From Giardia intestinalis (Eukaryota), in assembly GCA_000002435.2 (NCBI GenBank), contig CM018792.1: a stretch of DNA of 64,000 bases. One strand, given 5' to 3'. The translations under genes were made by a program, and so were the position numbers. The notes beneath the pieces were generated by a model. It saw only the letters and a list, made by a program, of their open reading frames with translations. It had not been told where the DNA came from and did no database searches. Position 1 is the stretch's first letter. The number at the start of each line of letters is the position of its first letter. Shown piece by piece: positions 1 through 10,317 of this stretch.

Positions 1-1973
1 GCAACTCCTTCATGTACAAGGGCGGGTGCTATGAACGAGCAAAACCCCCTGGCAATGCCATGTGTCAAGCGGCAGATGCTGGTAAGTGCACAGAGGCTGT
101 CGCTGGAAATAAGTACTTTGTCCCGCCGGCAGATACAGACGACGCCCACGACTCTGTTGTTTCGTGCGGAGACGCGACGGGCGTAACACTTACTGGCGAT
201 AAGATATACACGGGGGTGGCTGGGTGCGCTACCTGTGAGAAACCAGAGCAACTATCAGCTAGTGGCACTAAGGCTGCCACATGCACTGCGTGCCAAGAAG
301 GTAAGTATCTGAAGACGGCTACAGATTCAGCCACCTCCTGCGTGACAGAAGAAGAGTGCACCGGCACCGAAGGGTTCTTCGTGAAAAATGGCGGCACCAA
401 AACCTGTGAGGCGTGTGATCCTGGTTGCAAGACCTGTAAGACCGAGGCTGCGAAGTGCACCTCCTGTAAGGACGACAAGCCGTACCTGAAGAAGGATAAT
501 GGCAGCGACACTGGCACGTGCGTCACCGAAACTGAGTGCAAGAATCAAAGCACCCACTACGCCGACGACACTGAGCCGAAGACGTGCAAGGCGTGCGCCG
601 AGGGGACCTCCAATGGATGCGCGACGTGCGAGAAGGGCGCCGATGGAGCAGTCGCCTGCAAGACGTGCGAAAACCAGAAGAAGGTCCAGCCAAACAAGAA
701 GGGGTGCGTTGAAAGCTGCCCCTTGAACTCCAACGAGGAAAAGACCTCTGGCGTTTGTGAGTGCGTTGAGGGCTACGTTCCCGAGGAGGCCGGCACCGGG
801 TGCATGAAGAAGTCCGACCCCCCTGCGGCGCCGTGCAACACCCCCGGCTGCAAGACGTGCAGTGAGCCGAAGACAAGCAAGGAGGTGTGCACAGAGTGCG
901 AGGGCACTAAGGCCCTCACGCCCACGGGCCAGTGCATCGATGCGTGCGGAGATCTGGGAGGCTACTACGCGGGCACCAACGAGGGGGGCAAGAAGGCCTG
1001 CAAGAAGTGCGAGGTCGAGAACTGCCTCCTGTGCAACGGGCAAGGACAGTGCGAGACCTGCAAGGACGGATACTACAAGAAAGAAACCGCCTGTGCCAAG
1101 TGCGATACCTCGTGCAAGACGTGCGCGAACGGGAACTCCAACGGGTGTACGAGCTGTGAGCCTAAGAAGGCCCTCAGCTACGAAGGAGAGGGCAACACGG
1201 GGACGTGCAAACCAGGATGCGAGCCAAATGCTAACAACTGCGAGAAGTGCGAGCTGACGGTCGATGGCACGGCCTACTGCTCCAAGTGCAAGGAAGCCGG
1301 CCAGTTTCCACAGAACGGAGTCTGCTCGGCGGCGGCCGGAAAGGCTATTACGTGCACTACCAAAGGGACTGGTGTCTGTGACAAATGCGCCAACGGGCTT
1401 CTTCGTATGAACGGGGGCTGCTATGAGACGACCAAGTTCCCCGGAAAGAGCGTCTGCTTAGCCGCAGCAGAAGCGAGCGATGCCTGTCAGACTCCGGCCG
1501 ACGGGTACAAGCTGAATAACGGCGCGCTCATCACTTGCTCGGCCGGATGTAAGACGTGCACCAGCCAGGACCAGTGCGACACGTGTAAGGCTGGATATGC
1601 TAAGACTGGCGGTAACACTAAGAAGTGTGTTCCCTGCGCCACTGAGTGCTCCGAGTGCAATGCGAACGACGCCACCAAGTGCACGGTGTGCGCTGCAGGG
1701 TACTACCCGTCCAAAGAAAAGTGTATAGCATGCGACAAGAGCGACGGGGGATCCATCACCGGCGTCGCCAACTGCGCTAGCTGCGCCCCTCCATCGGCTG
1801 GTAGTGGCTCCGTTCTCTGCTACCTCATGAACGGTGAAAGTACCGGGGGAAGCACGAATAAGAGCGGCCTTTCTACCGGTGCCATAGCAGGGATCTCTGT
1901 CGCGGCGGTTGTCATTGTGGCCGGCCTCGTCGGCTTCCTCTGCTGGTGGTTCATCTGCAGAGGGAAGGCGTAG
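1..1973 (+). CDS. Variant-specific surface protein (VSP), 5'-partial because it is cut by the left window edge. The frame opens at nt 3 and the stop is TAG at 1971-1973.
   Basis: Read from sequence: CXXC-rich throughout, with GGCY and KTC motifs. A hydrophobic TM helix ends in the invariant VSP tail GFLCWWFICRGKA. The internal FMYKGGCY motif lies at the very start, which shows the signal peptide and the first ~80 aa are missing upstream of the window. From family knowledge: the CRGKA tail is diagnostic of Giardia VSPs. Confidence 0.9.
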   Translation, partial: NSFMYKGGCYERAKPPGNAMCQAADAGKCTEAVAGNKYFVPPADTDDAHDSVVSCGDATGVTLTGDKIYTGVAGCATCEKPEQLSASGTKAATCTACQEGKYLKTATDSATSCVTEEECTGTEGFFVKNGGTKTCEACDPGCKTCKTEAAKCTSCKDDKPYLKKDNGSDTGTCVTETECKNQSTHYADDTEPKTCKACAEGTSNGCATCEKGADGAVACKTCENQKKVQPNKKGCVESCPLNSNEEKTSGVCECVEGYVPEEAGTGCMKKSDPPAAPCNTPGCKTCSEPKTSKEVCTECEGTKALTPTGQCIDACGDLGGYYAGTNEGGKKACKKCEVENCLLCNGQGQCETCKDGYYKKETACAKCDTSCKTCANGNSNGCTSCEPKKALSYEGEGNTGTCKPGCEPNANNCEKCELTVDGTAYCSKCKEAGQFPQNGVCSAAAGKAITCTTKGTGVCDKCANGLLRMNGGCYETTKFPGKSVCLAAAEASDACQTPADGYKLNNGALITCSAGCKTCTSQDQCDTCKAGYAKTGGNTKKCVPCATECSECNANDATKCTVCAAGYYPSKEKCIACDKSDGGSITGVANCASCAPPSAGSGSVLCYLMNGESTGGSTNKSGLSTGAIAGISVAAVVIVAGLVGFLCWWFICRGKA

Positions 1974-1975
1974 GT

Positions 1976-1990
1976 ACTTAGGTAGTAAAC
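1976..1990 (+). terminator. Extended VSP polyadenylation signal ACTTAGGTAGTAAAC
   Basis: The sequence acttaggtagtaaac lies 3 nt after the VSP stop codon. It contains the general Giardia poly(A) motif AGTRAAY (AGTAAAC). It also matches the longer VSP-specific consensus ACTYAGRTAGTRAAY that recurs at every cassette boundary in the 54.8-64 kb array. Confidence 0.7.
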
Positions 1991-3855
1991 GCATCTACTA
2001 TGTGTAGCCTGTGATACTCAGCCCACTGCGGACCCCTGCACAACGCGCAGGGAAGCAGAAAATCCAAAAACAAGCGGTGATGCCGCCCCATGCGCCTACT
2101 GCCTCGCGGCCAATCAGAGGACGGATCGGGTGCCTCTGCTGCGCCTAAGCCCCACTGCCAGCTCCTTTCCTGGTGGCTCTACATCCCTGGAGAGCCAGCC
2201 TCCACGCCTTCCCTGTACGAACCGGGTCTCTGCGGACCCCTGTGCATCGGCGCTCTCCTCTCAGCCTCTGTAGTACTCTCATCCCTTTGGATTATGTCTG
2301 CGACTCCCGGCTGTCGTGGGGGAATCGCACTCAAGGACAGTCCCTTGCGGGATCCCGAGAGAAGATTACAGTGATCGCTAGGGTCCATGAAAGGTGCGAA
2401 TCAGCATAGAGTAGCCTAGGAGACGTTCTGGTCTATTGGGAATGCATGGCGCTATTTCTGATCTTTTGTAATGAATACTTTAAGACACTCCATCACCTGA
2501 CAAGGTGCCAGGTGGGCTCAGAAGGCAGCCAGTCCTCCCAGATCTGGACAGGAGGGAAGCATTGCCCAAAGCGTGCTGTCTCCTGAGTTGATAGACCGGG
2601 ACTCCTGTCACCCCAGATCATCATAGTGCTACCGCTGTCCACTATGGAGGCGCTCTGACCCACAGTGCCTGAGGTTGTTGGTGCAGGCGACAAAGGGCTC
2701 TTCATAGTGGGCTACCATCAGTGGAAGGAACGGGAGCCTGGGTGTCGTGTCCCTCTGCCAGTGATCGGCACCCGTTGCTGTGGGTACTAGGGTGGCGGGA
2801 TCTCCCACCCGCTGACAAGGAGCCGGGCGATGCTCGCTTGTCATTGTCAACCCGGGCTGCGACTCGTCCTGGGCAGATAGACATGAGCACAGGGACCCCG
2901 TCCCCCGTCGTAAACCACGCCACACGGAGAGGGTGTGGTAGTTCGGTGCATCTCCCCACGCTGCACAACCAAAGAAGAACGGCCTTTTGATGCGTAGCTC
3001 TGGGAGCCTGCAGAGCCTGACTGATGGGACTACATCCTGGTGCTGACTTCTGATACGGTTCGGTAGCGGCCAGCTCGATGCTCGCAAGCTTGTGGGAAGC
3101 ACCAGGGCCGGCACATGCACCTGGACAGCAACGCAGGCACACATCTCGGACGCAACTCCGCTAAGGATCTTGCGAGGGGTCGGCTTGGGTCAGTGGTGGA
3201 AGGACTTTGCGCAAGCAGCTCTGTGGCCTGTTGGTCGCATTCTCCTCTGCCGTAAAGGACACCTACCAATGATCGTTACGAACTGGATGACCCCCGTCTG
3301 TCTTTGAGACTCACCAGTGTGCACAGTTGTCGATGAGGCGGAGTCGTCCACCAGTCACGCCCTGCTGGGCTAGTCACTGTCACCGGTGGCTAAGGAGCAG
3401 CAGGAGCCGTCTGCCTCCGCACGGAAGGCCTCGAGGGGTCGTGTTACGCTGGAAGCCGGTCACTGTTCCACATATCCGCTACCTAATTATGGGCAGGAGT
3501 ATCGGACACGAGAAGAGCTACGACAAGGACTCGCTGGGGTAAGCGTGCTCTGCAGCTCCTTTGGATGCCCCAGTCCCTTACGGCTCAGGCACTGGGGCCT
3601 CAATGCATCTGCCCCTTACTGGGTTCTCCACCGGCTAGTGCGACCTAGGCAGACACAGAGGAGTCCCGGCTCCTGTTCTGTGCAAGCTCGTCAGACCGGC
3701 CTGGTCGTGAGGTTTGGAGACACCTAGGTCGAGTACTCCCAGGTCCCTACTCCAGACAGGCAATCTTGTGGTGGGATCATTCACTCTAGAGGGTAGTCCA
3801 GAGCTACCAACAAAATAAACCCGATTATCCAATAACTTCCACCTTTTGAAAAATC

Positions 3856-4374
3856 ATGTCTGTCACGAGTCGTTTGATGCGTGAATACCAGAAGTTCTCG
3901 AAGACAGACATTCCAGGAGTCATGGCGCTGCCAGACCAAAAGGATGAGCGCTGTTGGAATTGCATAATTCTGGGGCCCGCCGGGACAGCTTGGGAGAATG
4001 GTAAGCTATGTATAAGGATGAAATTTCCCAACGAGTACCCTATCAAACCTCCTTCTGTACATTTCGTAACATCGATGTATCATCCAAACGTTTATACGGA
4101 CGGCTCGCTTTGTTTAGATATTTTGCAGTCACAGTGGTCTCCTTGCTTTACAATCTTGTCTGTCCTCCTTTCCATTCAGTCCCTTCTGACAGACCCGAAT
4201 CCATCATCTCCGGCCAATAGCGATGCCGCGCACAAATATAACTGTGATATAGATGCATACAATCGCGAAGTAAGAGCACGCATGGAAAGGTCGCAGAGCT
4301 TTATCAAAGAAGAGCCGTGGTGTAGAGTCTATGAGGCGCTTCAGAATAGAAAAGTAGCAGATAACACTTCATGA
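3856..4374 (+). CDS. Ubiquitin-conjugating enzyme E2, RAD6/UBE2A-like
   Basis: A UBC fold signature is present ([21 protein letters not shown], with the catalytic Cys in the HPN..G.ICLDIL context). C-terminal [23 protein letters not shown] closely parallels RAD6 [20 protein letters not shown]. The size of 172 aa fits the family. An AT-rich initiator (ttttgaaaaatcATG) abuts the start. Confidence 0.85.
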   Translation: MSVTSRLMREYQKFSKTDIPGVMALPDQKDERCWNCIILGPAGTAWENGKLCIRMKFPNEYPIKPPSVHFVTSMYHPNVYTDGSLCLDILQSQWSPCFTILSVLLSIQSLLTDPNPSSPANSDAAHKYNCDIDAYNREVRARMERSQSFIKEEPWCRVYEALQNRKVADNTS

Positions 4375-4551
4375 CCATACGCTGGCTTTCCAGCTATCGT
4401 TAAAATGTGGGATGAGCCTGCTTTGCTGTGGATCAGACGGTGACCGGTACTGTTCATCGTCTGCTGGCCCATTGGCGGAGACTATAGCAGAACAAGCCTT
4501 TTCGCAAAGGAGTGAATTGGGTACCTCTATCAGTAATAAAAACTACAAGCT

Positions 4552-7500
4552 ATGGCAAGCACAGAAATCAAAGGGTCATACACTGCTACAGGAGAGGTAA
4601 ATTTTGAAACAACGCTCACTGCCACAACGCTCATACAGCTAGCAGTGACAGCAGGGGTACTTCTTATTTTCTCCCTATTCAAGTATTTACTCCCAATGGT
4701 ATTTTGTCCGTTCTACATGCGGCGGCAAAGGAAATTTAGCATATGGTTTCTAGACGTATTTTGCCAGCCCATTTCGCAATACGCTAGATGTGGAAATGTG
4801 GCTGCCATATTTGTTTTGTATCAGACTATGGTGATTTCCTTATTCGGTATCATGTCTCTCTTTGGCTTAACAATCCTCATACCTGTCTATGTGGTGGGCG
4901 TAGACCAAGACTTTAACACAGACTATCGTACAGGCTGGTCGAAGATGTCTCTTACACACGTGGAAGCAGGCTCCTATGCCATTTTAGTTCCGACGGTCGT
5001 TGCGACAATCTACACATTCATGATGATGGAGTTCTATGATCAGTTCCACATCGTGTATATCTATTTCCGTCAACGTGCTCTACGTCGCTCGGCACCACAG
5101 AACTTCGTTGTCATGCTGGATCAGCTCCCCTCAGGCATAAGAACATATGGAGACCTTGCTAAGTCTCTTGAAGGCGTCTTTCAGCAGGGTGTCATACGCT
5201 ATATAATTCCCGTTCCCGAGCATTCTCTGAGCTTAACGTTCAAATACAAGAAGCTGCTAAAGCTAATTCTAAATCAGCATAAGACAGATCGGTTGGTGAA
5301 TTACTATGTAACGGAATTGGAGGCCTACATGAACAAAATAGGATTGCACGGACTTACATTGGCCGAAATAGACGATCCGACCGTGAAACAGCGTGTCCAG
5401 AAGATGCAGAATAAGATATCTAAGTCGCAAATGGCACTGATTCCTTTTAAGACTAAATCACGTCAACTAAAGTTAGAAATACTGGCGTATGCCCATGAAA
5501 TGAATATTGACCTCTCCCACCTTATCGGAATCAAGCATCTACCGCCGCCAATGCCTGCCAATGTTACATCTTTCAACAAGCTTACTACATGTACGCGGAT
5601 GACTGCTGAAGACGTTATTGCAGAACGGGATAACTTTGACATCGAACTTAATCTACCTAGCATTCAGACTCTTTCACGAGTGGGCTCCAACCTTACTGCC
5701 TTTCAAGGCCCTAGCAGGACTATGTTAACCAGGGATGAAGAGTCTCAAGATAGAAGCATTCCAGAGTCCAGTGACAGATCTGTTTCACAATTTAACAATA
5801 TATATGCGTCACTACCTACCTCAACGATGCAGCTCTCTAATCCTTCTAATGTGTTGATCTCTCCAAAGATTTCGCACGACCTGCGTGTCAACAATTTAAT
5901 TGGCCCACTGATAGGCATGGGTTCAGTTGATGGAATTCCAAGCGCTCCTCGAGTCGTCTCAGCAGGCAGGCAAGCTACCGAACCATTTCATCTCAGTACA
6001 ATCTATAGTGCACAAGAAGGAAGCTTTCGTGAGGCAGAAAGCGTGTCTGCAGGAGCCACGATGAAACCAGCTAGCTCTTCTAGCAGAACAGAGTATGCGT
6101 TATCCACACAACGACCCATCAGTGCAGAAGAGCGATATCGGGAGCAGCAGGCAACATTAGGCGAGGTCTCCACGAGGAGCTTAAGGCCAGTGCTTACAAA
6201 GTATCTCCTGGGTATACCCAAGAGTGTTGCAGAGGTAATAAGAACCACGTTTCCTGACCACGGGCTCGGGAAAATAGATGCTGCTACAATAAAAAGCAAG
6301 ACACGGCAGCAGCACAGGGCCCACATCGATACTCCGATCGGCCGGACCGCATTTGTGGTTTTCAACTCACAGATCGAAGCGACCCTTTGCTCTAATTCGC
6401 TACTTTATATGAACGCAACCGAGCCAAAGGTCGGATCTGCACCAGAGTATAATCAAATAATCTGGGGGAACACAGCATACTCAAAGAGGTTTAGATTAGT
6501 GATGCGCTCAATTTTCCTAGTTCTTCTCCTATCTCTTTTCATTGGCTACTTTGTTCCTCAGACATATATCTTAAACTTGGTTGCAAATAACAGTGAGCAA
6601 TGGTTTAATTCTTTCTATATTAGAATGTGTAAGCCAGGCCAAGGGCGCTACAAGTGTGCTCAGACGGTCTCTCTCACAAAAGGAACTGTAAGCGACGTTG
6701 GGGGAGTTGTCTGTTACATTTGCTATAAAACAGCGTCTATGAGCATTACCCTTCTTCCTGTCATAGTCCAAGTTATCTTTATGGCCCTCCTGCCCTTAGT
6801 TATAAAGTACCTTTCTATGCTTGCCTTTTGCACTAGCAACACAGAAAAAGCCAATCTCGAATACAGAATTAACTTTCTTTTTCTCATTTTTATTGTAGGA
6901 ATAATTCAGATCATGCTGACCTCCACCTTCAACGAGTATGGAACTATAGATTTTGAACAGCTAACAGGCCTAACGTTGAACGGACTGGTGGCCAATATTG
7001 GCCGCAATTTTCCTGCACAAATCTTTACATTTATTAACTACTTAATTACCAAGTATTTCCTTTTCTCTGTCCTCACGCTTCTACGGATTCCCGATTTGCT
7101 GCTGGGTCTGCTCAAGCTTATGATTACCAAAGACCCTATCGCTAAGAGGCGAATAGCTTACTACACAGGATTTCCTTACCTTAAACAATTAGCATATGGC
7201 TCTCACATGACGGTGATAGGCTTTATGTACTCAATCGTCGCACCTATATCCACGGTGTTTGTCTTTATCATTTACACCGTGTTTTCAATAGTCAACCGCT
7301 TTAATATTCTCTATGTGTATAGACCTCTCTCAGATTCCGAGATGTCCGCTGCCACAGACATTATTAAGTATGTTAGCGGAGATACTTATTTGGGATTTTT
7401 GCTAATGATGATAGCGACGATTGCATTTCTTATCGTTCTCAACGAAACCATCACGCTTGTCTGTGCGTACTTCCTCGCGACAATCATGATCATCGCGATA

Positions 7501-8055
7501 ATAAGAAAGGTGTACGTTGACTCTAAATTTAAGCGCGCTATGATGTCGATGCACTTGAGCGATTGGGGCGCCAAGACCATGTGCAAGATAAATCCATATC
7601 GTGAGAAGCGCAATCCCATTGAAGCTGACGATGGAATAGTAACATACGGGGAGGAGAAACACCTTAATGACCTCCTGGGCGCAAACGGTGCCGATCAGTG
7701 GGACAGGTACAAGGCAGACATAACCAGCATGGAAGTGGTTGATCAAACGCGACAAAAGCTCTCAAAAATATTTACTGAGAGAATGAGAATCAAACCAAAC
7801 ATTAACATGAATCACTTACAGAAGAATGAACTGACCGCCGCGCCCCTCAACCTGGCAGAACCACCTGTATCATACATGAGACGTACCTCAATTATTTTCG
7901 AAGATTTCCAGTGTGAGATTGCTAACGAACTGTCTATCAAGAACCATGAACTCACAGATGACGAAGTAAGGGCTATTGCCGCGATGTACACCCATCCAGC
8001 TTTTGCCCTCTCATATGTTTACGGGCCGAATAGGCCTGACGAAGACATACGTTAA
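4552..8055 (+). CDS. Multipass membrane protein of the CSC1/OSCA/TMEM63 (DUF221) family, a candidate mechanosensitive cation channel carrying large lineage-specific insertions
   Basis: N-terminal TM helices are present (LIQLAVTAGVLLIFSLFKYLL and others). A cytosolic block contains the family motif TAFVVFNSQIEATLC (compare S/TAFVTFKS....A) followed by EYNQIIWGNTAYSKRFRLVMRS (compare P.DIIWeNL....R). A cluster of further TM helices lies in the C-terminal half. The 1167 aa length exceeds the usual ~800 aa because of Ser/Thr-rich insertions. Confidence 0.55.
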   Translation: MASTEIKGSYTATGEVNFETTLTATTLIQLAVTAGVLLIFSLFKYLLPMVFCPFYMRRQRKFSIWFLDVFCQPISQYARCGNVAAIFVLYQTMVISLFGIMSLFGLTILIPVYVVGVDQDFNTDYRTGWSKMSLTHVEAGSYAILVPTVVATIYTFMMMEFYDQFHIVYIYFRQRALRRSAPQNFVVMLDQLPSGIRTYGDLAKSLEGVFQQGVIRYIIPVPEHSLSLTFKYKKLLKLILNQHKTDRLVNYYVTELEAYMNKIGLHGLTLAEIDDPTVKQRVQKMQNKISKSQMALIPFKTKSRQLKLEILAYAHEMNIDLSHLIGIKHLPPPMPANVTSFNKLTTCTRMTAEDVIAERDNFDIELNLPSIQTLSRVGSNLTAFQGPSRTMLTRDEESQDRSIPESSDRSVSQFNNIYASLPTSTMQLSNPSNVLISPKISHDLRVNNLIGPLIGMGSVDGIPSAPRVVSAGRQATEPFHLSTIYSAQEGSFREAESVSAGATMKPASSSSRTEYALSTQRPISAEERYREQQATLGEVSTRSLRPVLTKYLLGIPKSVAEVIRTTFPDHGLGKIDAATIKSKTRQQHRAHIDTPIGRTAFVVFNSQIEATLCSNSLLYMNATEPKVGSAPEYNQIIWGNTAYSKRFRLVMRSIFLVLLLSLFIGYFVPQTYILNLVANNSEQWFNSFYIRMCKPGQGRYKCAQTVSLTKGTVSDVGGVVCYICYKTASMSITLLPVIVQVIFMALLPLVIKYLSMLAFCTSNTEKANLEYRINFLFLIFIVGIIQIMLTSTFNEYGTIDFEQLTGLTLNGLVANIGRNFPAQIFTFINYLITKYFLFSVLTLLRIPDLLLGLLKLMITKDPIAKRRIAYYTGFPYLKQLAYGSHMTVIGFMYSIVAPISTVFVFIIYTVFSIVNRFNILYVYRPLSDSEMSAATDIIKYVSGDTYLGFLLMMIATIAFLIVLNETITLVCAYFLATIMIIAIIRKVYVDSKFKRAMMSMHLSDWGAKTMCKINPYREKRNPIEADDGIVTYGEEKHLNDLLGANGADQWDRYKADITSMEVVDQTRQKLSKIFTERMRIKPNINMNHLQKNELTAAPLNLAEPPVSYMRRTSIIFEDFQCEIANELSIKNHELTDDEVRAIAAMYTHPAFALSYVYGPNRPDEDIR

Positions 8056-8215
8056 CGATCACTTAGTTTGTTGCATTTTGAACATTACAAAAGGGACTCA
8101 CTAGCAGAAAGTATACGGAAGATATCTGAGCACAGAACTGAGGACATGTGCTGTACCTCAGAATCTGACTCAGGGTTAAGCTAAAAGTATCTAATAGAGT
8201 TGAAGTCTGTGAACA

Positions 8216-9685
8216 CTACTTTGCGCTCCACACGCGGAACACATTGTCAACCGAAGCACTGATAATTACAGAAGCGTCATATGAGATATCAAACGTTGCA
8301 ACTGCGTCCATATGACCATCTAAACGGGCAACCTCTGCGCAGCTCTTCTTCAGGTCCTCGGGACCACCCCAGACCCGTAGAGTTCTGTCATTGCTGCAGG
8401 TAACAATGCGATTACCGAACCCAGGCGCTAGAAATTTGACTAGGTTGACCTCTCCGATATGGCCGTGGAGCACACCTGCCAGTGAGTGTTGATCGTTGTC
8501 GATGACATAAACATCAACTTCTCCCTTCTTTCTCTTCTGTATCTTCTTTCTCTTTACCATATCGGGAAGAGATATGTTATCTCCTACACCGCCTTCCCCA
8601 TGCGAGACTGAGATCGCTGTGTACTGTTTGCTAAGTGACATAGAGCAAGACAAAACCTCGGATCCAAAGTTATGTTCATAGAGAGGAGACTCGGGAGCGC
8701 GCAAATCCGTGATTCTATAAAGTCCATCAGAGCTAGCGCTTATCACTGTTGTCAGGTTGGTATCCATGTCGATTGCTGTAATTTCGGCTGGGTGCTTAGT
8801 TAAAAGCTTACTCGATATTGATAAGTTAGCTGGCTCAGAGAGATGAGATCCAGACCTAAGGCTAGTACTAGTGCTACCAGACGCACTGACACCGAGTGGT
8901 ACGCGGAGGTCATGTACCTGGACTCCACCGTCAAAAGACGCACTTAGTAATCTGTGATCAGAACGGTGGTCAAAGTAGATAGAAATTACCTCCTCTGCAT
9001 GAATGTGAGGCAACGAGGCAAATGGATCATCGGGTCGGCAAACATCCCAGATATAAACCGAGCCAGACGCGTTTCCCGCAGCAAATAGCTTAGGACTCAC
9101 GCGAGAGAATGCCACTGAGAGAAACTCACAAACATCATCGGCCACCATAAGAACCCCCATGGGAGCTCCTGTGTCGGTGTTCCAAAGACGGCAGCTTCCA
9201 TCGAAGGAGGCTGTGCCACAGATAGCTGCATCAGGATAACTGAGCTCAGCGGTATATACTACGCCTTCGTGCCCTTCTAATATGCTTCTCTCCGATAAAC
9301 GAGCCTTGCTGGTCACAATGGAGGAGAGATCATAGATTTTCGCCGTCCTATCATGAGAAGTTACTACAGCGAGCTCTCCTGATTTATCTAGCTTGCAGGA
9401 GGTAATGGGTAGGAGCTCGCTTGTGACAACCGCCCTGGGTGCATATTTATATTTGAGGTTTACCTCCTGCGCAGCCAAGAGAGTAGACGCAACGTAATCT
9501 GTCTGTGCCTTGTAATGGGCCAAAAACCGGTTTGACTGTGCTAAATATTGCACACATGTATTGAGCGATGTCATACAGTGAGGAACAGCAACGGTTTCTG
9601 AAAGGACACTCTGAGTGTGCCTGCTTGTGTAGGAAATCGTTACAGAGGGTGGATAGTAAGTAAGCTCGATCTTGTCGAGCTTCAT
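8216..9685 (-). CDS. WD40-repeat protein, function unknown
   Basis: 489 aa with repeated beta-propeller blade signatures (GH...WD-like spacing, e.g. ILEGHEGVVYTAELS...CRLWNTDTG and LHGHIGEVNLVKF...RVWGG). It is the only long ORF across this interval. Confidence 0.6.
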   Translation of the reverse strand: MKLDKIELTYYPPSVTISYTSRHTQSVLSETVAVPHCMTSLNTCVQYLAQSNRFLAHYKAQTDYVASTLLAAQEVNLKYKYAPRAVVTSELLPITSCKLDKSGELAVVTSHDRTAKIYDLSSIVTSKARLSERSILEGHEGVVYTAELSYPDAAICGTASFDGSCRLWNTDTGAPMGVLMVADDVCEFLSVAFSRVSPKLFAAGNASGSVYIWDVCRPDDPFASLPHIHAEEVISIYFDHRSDHRLLSASFDGGVQVHDLRVPLGVSASGSTSTSLRSGSHLSEPANLSISSKLLTKHPAEITAIDMDTNLTTVISASSDGLYRITDLRAPESPLYEHNFGSEVLSCSMSLSKQYTAISVSHGEGGVGDNISLPDMVKRKKIQKRKKGEVDVYVIDNDQHSLAGVLHGHIGEVNLVKFLAPGFGNRIVTCSNDRTLRVWGGPEDLKKSCAEVARLDGHMDAVATFDISYDASVIISASVDNVFRVWSAK

Positions 9686-9788
9686 CAGAGAGCCTTTTTA
9701 ATGGCCATGCAAAATGGAAACTTTGGAAGGCTTAAAACCTTGAAATCCTTCCCCAAGTATTTTTTGTCTTCGTTTAGGTATTCCCAGG

Positions 9789-10196
9789 ATGTCATTAACA
9801 CAGCGCCTTCTGCCCTCTGACCATAAGTCTGTTGATGCGTCTCTTCAGGACCAGCAGATGATCAACACCTTTGCCCGGTTGCACATGGTTTATGTGGAGT
9901 TGGCAGAGCAGCGCAAGGTTCTCAAGAAGCGTCTCGATGACATAGAGAGCGCATCAGTTGCTCTTTTAGAGCTTGATGATACGGAGGTGAAGCCGATGCT
10001 CGCTATCGGGGCGGCTTTCTTCCCAAACGACTCCATGGACATTGATAACTCGCTGGAGGCTCTAAAGGCAACAGTCTCGCAAGAATACGAAGTCGTCTCT
10101 AATCGCTGTAGCAAGATAGAGGCCAAGCTCAATCAACTACGTGATGTGCTCCAACAGAAATTCAAGGGTTCGATAAACCTAGACTACGAAACCTAG
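9789..10196 (+). CDS. Prefoldin-like coiled-coil subunit (beta-type), 135 aa
   Basis: Two predicted coiled-coil helices flank a short beta-hairpin region (PMLAIGAAFFPNDSMDID) in the prefoldin beta arrangement. The size fits the family. Assignment rests on architecture only. Confidence 0.45.
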   Translation: MSLTQRLLPSDHKSVDASLQDQQMINTFARLHMVYVELAEQRKVLKKRLDDIESASVALLELDDTEVKPMLAIGAAFFPNDSMDIDNSLEALKATVSQEYEVVSNRCSKIEAKLNQLRDVLQQKFKGSINLDYET

Positions 10197-10317
10197 GGGC
10201 ATTTGCGTTAGTAAATTAGCAGTCCTAGCTCTCATTGCGGTCATAATCGCTGTGCACATGTGATTCGGCAGGAGTTATAGAAAGGAGCGGCACCTAAATT
10301 CAAAACCTGAACCAAAA

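Noticed and set aside
327-1043. Long antisense and alternative-frame ORFs across the VSP genes and array (e.g. 327..1043 -, 56665..57192 +, 58561..59142 +, 60482..61021 +, 62413..62853 +)
   Set aside because: They are by-products of the Cys/Gly/Thr-rich, GC-biased VSP coding strand. Their translations are low-complexity (P/A/S/R-rich), and they reappear in every array unit only because the DNA is repeated.
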